Source: an uncultured virus (IMG/VR IMGVR_UViG_3300025018_000154) (lineage: Duplodnaviria; Heunggongvirae; Uroviricota; Caudoviricetes). From it: 20,000 nucleotides of DNA. Numbering within the stretch: position 1 is the first letter of the stretch; each line of letters begins with the position of its first letter. The stretch lies in IMG/VR virus record IMGVR_UViG_3300025018_000154. The stretch is one strand, 5' to 3'. The position numbers and the translations under genes were made by a program. Below, piece by piece: positions 9,043 through 15,228 of the stretch. The notes below the pieces were generated by a model, which saw only the letters and a program-made list of their open reading frames with translations, made no database searches and was not told the DNA's origin.

Positions 9043-9563
9043 GGCTGAATCCGTGCGAGCTGAAGCAGCTCCTTCAGGCGGTCTTCCGAGATCGGCGGCA
9101 TGGGCTTGTTCCACGGGGCCGGGGCGTTGCCGAAGACCCAGAGCCATTCGACCGTCTCGGCCGCCTTGTCATACTGGTGGACCAGCTCTCGGGTAGATCG
9201 GGCCGGGTAAGCGCGCCCCCGGGCCGCGCAGATCGCCCGGTCGAGGCCGTCTTCGATCCGGTGGAGCACGTTGGTTTCGTAGGAGATCAGCGACTTGATC
9301 GGACCCGGAATGTCCCCGGTGATCGCCTCATGGTCGTCGTGGTGCAGGCACCAGTCGATGACCTCTTCCCGTTCGTTCATCTCCTGCGCCAGTAGGGCGA
9401 CGAGATGGCGGTGCTGGTGGACGGTCAGCGCCCTCGGGTCGTTCGACCAGCGGTGCATGATCCGCAGGCGATCCTCGATAGCCCGTAGGTCGATCTGACC
9501 GGGGCAGGGGTTCATGATGTCGCGAATCAAAGACTTCCCGACTTGGAGGCAGTAGACCTTCAT
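9039..9563 (-). CDS. HD-domain 5'-deoxynucleotidase / dNTP hydrolase (YfbR/YfdR-like)
   Basis: HRW...TVHQH...CLHHDDHEAITGDIPGPIK...YDK; ATGA overlap at 9560-9563 (alternative start 9569). Confidence 0.8.
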   Translation of the reverse strand: MKVYCLQVGKSLIRDIMNPCPGQIDLRAIEDRLRIMHRWSNDPRALTVHQHRHLVALLAQEMNEREEVIDWCLHHDDHEAITGDIPGPIKSLISYETNVLHRIEDGLDRAICAARGRAYPARSTRELVHQYDKAAETVEWLWVFGNAPAPWNKPMPPISEDRLKELLQLARIQP

Positions 9564-9907
9564 TTCCATTCCTTCAGAGCTGCGAAAGCCGCGCCGCAGC
9601 CCTCTTCGTCAACTTGCGTTTGAATGTCCTTCATCGCCTTATCCACGGCCGCCTTCAAGGCGTGGTGGAGCCAGAAGCCGATCCTGCGGCCCGTGGAGTG
9701 GCCCCCTGCACCCAGATAGGTCATGTCGGTGTAGTAGTAGCGGCCGACCTCCGAGGTCGCGTTGAGTGCGGCCTTCGCGGCGTCCATGTTGGCGTAGTCG
9801 ATGGGGCCGGAGAGAGACTCGGGGGTCTTGTGGTAGTCCCAGACCTCGCCCTTGTATTCCAGCAGCTTGCCGTCCATCGGGCCACCGATGATAAGTCCTC
9901 TGTTCAT
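9560..9907 (-). CDS. hypothetical protein with IGGPMDG motif, 115 aa
   Basis: ATGA coupling on both sides; GGPxDG motif common in small phage proteins. Confidence 0.75.
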   Translation of the reverse strand: MNRGLIIGGPMDGKLLEYKGEVWDYHKTPESLSGPIDYANMDAAKAALNATSEVGRYYYTDMTYLGAGGHSTGRRIGFWLHHALKAAVDKAMKDIQTQVDEEGCGAAFAALKEWK

Positions 9908-10128
9908 TGTGCGTGCTCCGGGCAGGTGAATGTGGTGCGGCGGACAGTCCAGCCCCGGCGCTTGGCGATGTTGTGGAGAACTTCGGGCGGCTTGCGCTTG
10001 CCGCAGATGACGACCTCGACCGTGTTCTGGCAGCTCTCGCAGGAGCACGGGAGGACGTGAAGGCGCTGGGTTCCATCGCCAACGCGACGGACGGTTTCGA
10101 CGATGCCAGGGTATGATGCTTTCCGCAT
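9904..10128 (-). CDS. small Zn-binding protein, 74 aa
   Basis: CESC ... RGWTV...TCPEH; SD GAGGAG. Confidence 0.75.
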   Translation of the reverse strand: MRKASYPGIVETVRRVGDGTQRLHVLPCSCESCQNTVEVVICGKRKPPEVLHNIAKRRGWTVRRTTFTCPEHAQ

Positions 10129-10152
10129 GATGGACTCCTCTGTCTACCGCAG

Positions 10153-10181
10153 AACATAGAGGCCCTGCGGTAGACAATCAA
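10153..10181 (-). promoter_or_regulatory. putative phage promoter TTGATT-N17-TATGTT (copy 2), overlapped by a 12-bp inverted repeat
   Basis: TGTCTACCGCAG (10141-10152) / CTGCGGTAGACA (10165-10176). Confidence 0.7.
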
Positions 10182-10183
10182 GC

Positions 10184-10633
10184 CTAGATTGGCACTTTCT
10201 GCGAGATCAGGTCTTCCCAGCTCGGCCGCAGGACATTGCCCGGGTCGAACTGGATTGCCGTCAGCCCCACACCGAAGGGGTCTTGCGACCCGGGCGCGGT
10301 CTTCTCGAAGAGCTGGCAAGCGATCACCCCGGGCTGCTCCCGAAGCAGCGTCTCGATGGGGGTCTGCGTGACCTCGCAGTAGCGCACCAGCTTGTCCAGC
10401 TCGTCATAGGTGGACGTAGAGAACAGCCGGGGCTTCCGGGCCGAGCGGATCGAGAAGAGGCCCCAGCGGCCACGAGAGGCGTTATCTACGGCGTGCGGGA
10501 GGCTGTTGACGATCTCGACCGGCAGCTCGTCCACCGGCACGGCAAGACCATATTGCGGGTTCCTGCCGTCCGGGCCGGGCGACGGCTCGGTCAGGGACAG
10601 ATAGTTCATGCGGGATACGTGGAACTCGATCAT
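10184..10633 (-). CDS. hypothetical protein, weakly similar to DUF2815 / gp2.5-like ssDNA-binding proteins
   Basis: RMNYLSLTEP..DGRNPQY, FSIRSARKP, GVGLTAIQF echo DUF2815 motifs; no acidic tail. Confidence 0.5.
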   Translation of the reverse strand: MIEFHVSRMNYLSLTEPSPGPDGRNPQYGLAVPVDELPVEIVNSLPHAVDNASRGRWGLFSIRSARKPRLFSTSTYDELDKLVRYCEVTQTPIETLLREQPGVIACQLFEKTAPGSQDPFGVGLTAIQFDPGNVLRPSWEDLISQKVPI

Positions 10634-11193
10634 TCGGGCATGTCCCCTATCAGGTCGCCAGCTTCCTCCGGGATGCGGGCGAGTTCGGACTGGTAGTGGT
10701 CATGCTCTTCCTGCCACTGCTCGAACGCGGCCCAGCCATCCGGGTTGGACTCGTCGTCGCCCTCGGGCTCTTCCATCTCGTCGGGCTCTTCAAGGTCGGT
10801 CAGCTCTTGGGCCAGCGTATCCAGCTCGTCCGCGATCCGCTCGGCCTCGTTGGCCCGGTTCTCGATCATCTGGCCCGTGTCGCCCTGCTGAAGCCCCTCC
10901 GGCATGTTGTCGAAGTTGTTCTGGGCCTCTTCCCCGATCTCGCGGATCGCCTCGGCCGCAGCGGTGATCGCCTCGGCGTCCTTGTCGCCGCGCTCCCATT
11001 CCTCCTGCATCCCATACCACGCCTGCTTGAACGGCGAGCTGGTAAGCTGGCTCTGGGTGAAGGGGGTCTTGGACCGCATCACCTTCGACGAGCGAGGCCC
11101 CGTCTTCATCTTCGTGTAGTAATACATCTCGCCCTTGACGATCCCTTGGTTGGGATAGTCCTTGCGGGCTTTCACGTGCTTCACTCTGGGCAT
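10630..11193 (-). CDS. phage hypothetical protein with a basic N-terminal and a very acidic helical C-terminal half
   Basis: 187 aa; KARKDYP..GIVKGEMYYY; FDNMPEGLQQGDTGQMIENR. Confidence 0.8.
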   Translation of the reverse strand: MPRVKHVKARKDYPNQGIVKGEMYYYTKMKTGPRSSKVMRSKTPFTQSQLTSSPFKQAWYGMQEEWERGDKDAEAITAAAEAIREIGEEAQNNFDNMPEGLQQGDTGQMIENRANEAERIADELDTLAQELTDLEEPDEMEEPEGDDESNPDGWAAFEQWQEEHDHYQSELARIPEEAGDLIGDMPE

Positions 11194-11195
11194 AG

Positions 11196-11405
11196 TCAGG
11201 AGTCCTTCTTCAGTCGGTTGAGAATTGCTTCACCACGGAAGCGGGCGTAGTCGGGGCTCTTGTCCTCGAACTTCACGCGCAGCTCGCCGTAGTCGATGGT
11301 TTCGTCAGCACCCAGCTCGTGAGCGATCTCCCGGGCGCGCTCGATCTGGTCGGCCGGGACTTCCTCTTCGCTGAAGGTGATCCACACGTCGGTCTGGAAT
11401 TGCAT
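11196..11405 (-). CDS. hypothetical protein, 69 aa (MQFQTDVWI...)
   Basis: SD GGGGAG before ATG 11405. Confidence 0.7.
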   Translation of the reverse strand: MQFQTDVWITFSEEEVPADQIERAREIAHELGADETIDYGELRVKFEDKSPDYARFRGEAILNRLKKDS

Positions 11406-11459
11406 GTCGCTCCCCTTTTGGTGCGGCCCGGAAGGCAAAACCCTCCGGGCGGATTCGTT

Positions 11460-11939
11460 TCAGAGGAACCGGATCGAGTATTCGTCGGCTTGGCAGAGGT
11501 CGAGGGCGGCCTTGGCCGCGTCCTTCTTCGTGCCGATGGTCACGGTCTCGACGATGCCATAGCAGGTGGGCAGCTCGACGTTCGCCATTGCGGTCAGGCT
11601 CTCCCCACCACGGCCGTTGACGATCAGGAAGGCGGCCCGGTTCGGCGCGAGCGCCCCGGCGATGGACCAGAGCTTGCCGTCCTTCTCCGCATCGCGCTCG
11701 GACAGCTCGCGGTCCTTGACCATGATCTCGGTCATGATGCTGGCGGCAGAGAGGGTGGGGGTTTCGTTGCGGGCGCAGACGGCGCGGACTGCCTCTTGCA
11801 CACCCTTGCCCTCGGCTTGGGCTTCGAGGAAGTGGACGCACCACATGAACGGGCGGCCCGTCGTCTGGGCCAGCTCTTCGGCGCGGGTCATCGAGATCAT
11901 CGGGCCGGGGGTCACGGTCTCTACGGTCTTGTCGGTCAT
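11460..11939 (-). CDS. hypothetical protein, 159 aa (MTDKTVETV...)
   Basis: SD GGGAG before ATG 11939; first gene after promoter copy 3. Confidence 0.75.
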   Translation of the reverse strand: MTDKTVETVTPGPMISMTRAEELAQTTGRPFMWCVHFLEAQAEGKGVQEAVRAVCARNETPTLSAASIMTEIMVKDRELSERDAEKDGKLWSIAGALAPNRAAFLIVNGRGGESLTAMANVELPTCYGIVETVTIGTKKDAAKAALDLCQADEYSIRFL

Positions 11940-11975
11940 CTTCGGTCTCCCGGGGCGGGAATCGCCCTCGCCAGA

Positions 11976-12004
11976 GAGATAGACCACCGCGAGTAGACAA
12001 TCAA
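11976..12004 (-). promoter_or_regulatory. putative phage promoter TTGATT-N17-TATCTC (copy 3)
   Basis: TTGATTGTCTAC...GTC-TATCTC. Confidence 0.7.
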
Positions 12005-12009
12005 TAGGG

Positions 12010-12080
12010 GTCGCTCAACTTTCGTCGCTCAACTTTTGGCGATTCCTAGAATCAGATTCGTTTGCGCGGATTCGTTTGCG
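12010..12080. repeat. short direct repeats GTCGCTCAACTT x2 and GATTCGTTTGCG x2
   Basis: Copies at 12010/12024 and 12055/12069, upstream of promoter copy 3. Confidence 0.75.
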
Positions 12081-12219
12081 TGCGAGGGGGTCTGGAATGA
12101 GAAGGGCCGGTCAAGGCTCCCGCGCCCTAGACCGACCCCCGCGTTATGGGACTAACGCTGCCCTCTCCTGACAGGCCCGTGACCTCGGGTTCGCCCTATC
12201 GCCTCGGATAGTAGCGCGA

Positions 12220-12690
12220 TCAGGCTGGATCGGCAAGTCTGGTGCGATCTGCTCGGCAAGCGTCGATGTCGAAAGCTGCGTTGAGCTGGCGAACCCCTGC
12301 CCACTGCTGGCGACAGTAAAGGGCCAAGGTCAAGTCGAGCCGTTGGGCCAAGCTGGCGTTCTCTGGGGACGGGACTTCGGCAATGCGCTGGGCGGCGAAG
12401 AGCATAAGGGTCTCGCACTCTGCGACGTGGACCGGAAGGTGGGAAGTGAAGTTGTTGGCGCAGTAATCGAGCGCAGCGTTGATCTCGGCCAAGGTCGTTC
12501 GTTCCGAGAGGTTGGCCGGGAAGCTCCGAATCACCCCGGAGTCGATGACCCGGGCTTGGTCGGCCGTGAGCGGGTTGTCCGTGATGGTCTCCCAGAGGTC
12601 TTTCGGCGTCGGGAACATGACCACCGTGGCAGTCATGATTGCAGCAAAAGCGTGAGAGATCATTCCGTTCATAGTTAAACCATTTGCCAT
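12220..12690 (-). CDS. hypothetical exported or membrane-anchored protein, 156 aa, 4 Cys
   Basis: SD GGAG; hydrophobic N-terminal segment; own promoter. Confidence 0.7.
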   Translation of the reverse strand: MANGLTMNGMISHAFAAIMTATVVMFPTPKDLWETITDNPLTADQARVIDSGVIRSFPANLSERTTLAEINAALDYCANNFTSHLPVHVAECETLMLFAAQRIAEVPSPENASLAQRLDLTLALYCRQQWAGVRQLNAAFDIDACRADRTRLADPA

Positions 12691-12783
12691 TTGTGTCTCC
12701 GGGGCTTTCCCATCTCACCGCTCGCAATGGCCCCGGGGGCTATGCGCTCGGTCGGTCGCCGCGCTGGCGGACCTTGGCGCTAA

Positions 12784-12812
12784 GACATACGCGAGCTTGG
12801 GTTGCCTGTCAA
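12784..12812 (-). promoter_or_regulatory. sigma70-like promoter TTGACA-N17-TATGTC
   Basis: Consensus -35 with 17-bp spacing upstream of 12220..12690. Confidence 0.65.
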
Positions 12813-12821
12813 AGCCGCCGG

Positions 12822-12894
12822 AAATTTTGAACGGGCCAGACTCCCGAAGTAGTGGCGAAAAAATTTTGAACGGGCCAGACTCCCGAAGTAGTGG
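12822..12894. repeat. perfect 34-bp direct repeat x2 (AAATTTTGAACGGGCCAGACTCCCGAAGTAGTGG)
   Basis: 12822-12855 and 12861-12894, 5-bp spacer. Confidence 0.95.
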
Positions 12895-13016
12895 AGCGGC
12901 GGGTCCGTGCGCTTGCAGGTAGAACTCTTGATCCGGGCGCACCGTTCCCTCTCGCGGGTGGATCGGCCGCGCGATTCGCAAGATTCCGCCGTTCACGGGA
13001 CGTTCCGGGAACATCG

Positions 13017-13092
13017 CAACCCATTGGAATCGTTGACGGAATCCGGCCCCCCGGGGGCGATCGCACGCGGAACGGCCCGCAACCCGTTGAAA
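13017..13092. promoter_or_regulatory. two IHF-like sites (CAACCCATTGGAA, CAACCCGTTGAAA)
   Basis: Resemble YAANNNNTTGATW; at 13017 and 13080. Confidence 0.4.
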
Positions 13093-13134
13093 CTAAACGG
13101 TTTTTCGCGTTCCGGGGGCGAAAACCGCCCGCCG

Positions 13135-13420
13135 GGCCGCGATCCGGGCCAGCTCGGCCGCCGGGGGCGAGGGCGAGGGCCGCCAGCTCGGCCGCGATCC
13201 GGGGCGAGGGCGTGGGCCAGCTCGGCCGGGCGTCATGAGGGGGCGAGGGCCGCCAGCTCGGCCGGGCGTCATGAGGGCCGCCAGCTCGGCCGCCGTGGGG
13301 CCGCCTTCAGCTCGGCCGGGGGCGAGGGCGTGGGGCCGCCTTCAGCTCGGCCGGGGGCGAGGGCGTGGGGCCGGGCGGACGTGCGAACGCCCCCGGCGGG
13401 CGGCCGAGGGCGTGGGGCGG
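13135..13420. repeat. left G-rich modular repeat block (AGCTCGGCC x7, GGGCGAGGG, GTCATGAGGG)
   Basis: Non-coding; same word set as 19375-19950. Confidence 0.85.
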
Positions 13421-13422
13421 AT

Positions 13423-13448
13423 ATGAAAACGCCCCCGGGCCGGGGGCG
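13423..13448 (-). terminator. intrinsic terminator ending the island operon
   Basis: CGCCCCCG-3 nt-CGGGGGCG followed by TTTTCAT on the minus strand, just after the stop at 13463. Confidence 0.65.
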
Positions 13449-13462
13449 CGGGGGCGTGGGTT

Positions 13463-13681
13463 TCAACGGCGGCCGGTTTTTCGGTCTAACTCTTCAGACG
13501 GCCCTGGCCGGGCCAGATAGGTGACGCCCGCGACAAGGGCGAAGGCGAGGGCGTGCGGGGGTCCTTTCCAGAATAGCGCGACGGCGGCCGCGAGGGCGAA
13601 GGCGAGGCAAAGGAAACGGGCCGCGCCCTCGGCCGCCATATGCCCCCGCAACCGGGCGCGCGTTCGGTTGCGTTCCGTCAT
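13463..13681 (-). CDS. small two-helix membrane protein, 72 aa
   Basis: ATGA overlap; FLCLAFALAAAVALFW and ALAFALVAGVTYLA. Confidence 0.7.
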   Translation of the reverse strand: MTERNRTRARLRGHMAAEGAARFLCLAFALAAAVALFWKGPPHALAFALVAGVTYLARPGPSEELDRKTGRR

Positions 13682-14814
13682 GCCGGGAACCGTTCAACGC
13701 CCGCGCCCTCGCAAAATGCCGCCCGGGCGTCCGCGTCCGGGTAGAAAATGAAGGGCGACTCGTCGCCTTCAGCAAGGCGGGCACGCTCGGCCATAAGCTC
13801 GGCCCGGGCCGCCAGCTTGCCCCGGATCGCCTCGCAAAAAATAGCGTGAGTCCGGGGCATTTCCTCGGCCGTTGCCGCGTGCAATCTGTTTTGACGCAAT
13901 GCCGCCAAAACCTCGGCCCGGATCGCCGCGAGGCGTTCGCCCGCGTCCGCCCACGCGGAACCGGCCCCCCATGCGGTTTTATATTCCCGTTCCGCCTCGG
14001 CCACGGTTTCGGCCATGCTATCGGCCCGGCGGGCGCAATCCTCGGCCGCCTCTTCAGCGTCCGACTCCTCGCGGCCCTCGGCCACAACGGCGGCCCGCAT
14101 GTCGAATTGCGCGCCCCCTTGGCAATCGTCGCCTAACCGCCAGCCCGGAACAAAAACCGCCCGGCCGTCGCGCCCGCGCAACTGGCCCACGACTCCCACG
14201 ATAAGCCCGGAACCGTCGCGGAACGACTCGCCGTGCGGGTTGTCATAATATCCCGTATGGCCGAGGCGGGCGAGGGCGTGGGCGTCGCGGATATTGCGAA
14301 CCGTGCCGCCGTCATAAAGGGCGAAGAATTGCCCGCCCTTGTCGCCCGCCGCCATATGCCGGGGGCCGCCCTCGCCTTGCCAGAATCCCGCGCCATAATC
14401 CGGCCCGGGGGCCGCGCATAGATTGCGAAGGCGGGCAACCTCGGCCCGGGCGCGGGCGTGCCGCCGTTCGGCCATGTCATAGGCCCCGGCGGCCGCCGTT
14501 ACCGCTTGCGCGGCCGCCTCATATGCCGGGCCGCCCTCGCGGGCCAGCGATTGCGCCGCGAGCTTTGCCGCGTTCGATTCCTCGCGGGCGTGATCGCGGG
14601 CGACGGCCGAGTCTTCATACTCGGCCCGGGCGTCGCGGAACGCGGCAAGGTTCGCCCGCGCCTTGTGCAAGGCATAGGCGGCCGCGCCTTTCCCGTCATG
14701 GGGCGAGTCGTATCGCTGGCCCATGAAGGCGGGCAAGGGCGCGGCCGTCTGAAGGGCGGACGCGGGGGCCGGGAACGTCCGGGCGCGGGCAAAGGCGGTT
14801 GCGAGGTTTTCCAT
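13678..14814 (-). CDS. Ala-rich hypothetical protein, 378 aa (MENLATAF...)
   Basis: SD GAAGGA before ATG 14814; globular core HTGYYDNPHGESFRDG...VGQL...FVPGW between helical segments. Confidence 0.8.
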   Translation of the reverse strand: MENLATAFARARTFPAPASALQTAAPLPAFMGQRYDSPHDGKGAAAYALHKARANLAAFRDARAEYEDSAVARDHAREESNAAKLAAQSLAREGGPAYEAAAQAVTAAAGAYDMAERRHARARAEVARLRNLCAAPGPDYGAGFWQGEGGPRHMAAGDKGGQFFALYDGGTVRNIRDAHALARLGHTGYYDNPHGESFRDGSGLIVGVVGQLRGRDGRAVFVPGWRLGDDCQGGAQFDMRAAVVAEGREESDAEEAAEDCARRADSMAETVAEAEREYKTAWGAGSAWADAGERLAAIRAEVLAALRQNRLHAATAEEMPRTHAIFCEAIRGKLAARAELMAERARLAEGDESPFIFYPDADARAAFCEGAGVERFPA

Positions 14815-14910
14815 AGTGAGTCCTTCAGGTTGTGCCCCGGGGGGCGGGTTGTCGCCTCTCATGAGGGCGGGAACGGGGGCGGGTTGTCCGCCCCCTAACC
14901 GGCCGTCACG
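14815..14910 (-). repeat. conserved structured intergenic element, copy A
   Basis: TGACGGCCGGTTAGG-hairpin-TTCCCGCCCTCATGAGAGGCGACAACCCGCCCC..GGGGCACAACCTGAAGGACTCAC-ATG. Confidence 0.85.
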
Positions 14911-15028
14911 CCTTGCGGGCGTAGTATATCCAACGGCCCCCGGGCGATTGCCGCCGGGCGTTGTCAGAATTGCGGAGTCCGCCCCGTTGCCGCCAGCTCG
15001 CGGCCGTGATGCGAGTCCAGCCGGTCAC
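14906..15028 (-). CDS. small protein, 40 aa (MTGWTRITAASWRQRGGLRNSDNARRQSPGGRWIYYARKA), not in ORF track
   Basis: GTG overlaps the upstream TGA (GTGA); fills the gap to element A exactly. Confidence 0.6.
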   Translation of the reverse strand: MTGWTRITAASWRQRGGLRNSDNARRQSPGGRWIYYARKA

Positions 15029-15174
15029 GCCTTGCACGCTCGCGAGCTGGCGGCATATGAGGCGGACGAGTCGGCCGCGTTATATTCCCGGGCGAGGCGG
15101 AACGCCTCGGCCATTGTCTCGGCCGAGTCCACGGTTTCAACGTCGCGGCCGTCATGGCGATTCACGTATGGCAT
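15025..15174 (-). CDS. small protein, 49 aa (MPYVNRHDGRDVETVDSAETMAEAFRLAREYNAADSSASYAASSRACKA), not in ORF track
   Basis: SD GAAAGGACTCACA-ATG, the same type of leader as neighbouring genes. Confidence 0.75.
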   Translation of the reverse strand: MPYVNRHDGRDVETVDSAETMAEAFRLAREYNAADSSASYAASSRACKA

Positions 15175-15228
15175 TGTGAGTCCTTTCCTGAAGGGGGGCC
15201 GCCCGGATCGCCCGGGCGGCCGGTTGCG

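Noticed and set aside
12822..12894. 34-bp repeats as a CRISPR array
   Set aside because: Only two copies, a 5-bp spacer, no cas genes
12715..13524. ORFs across the junction and left repeat block
   Set aside because: Translations simply mirror DNA repeats (Pro/Gly/Arg-rich) and lack RBSs
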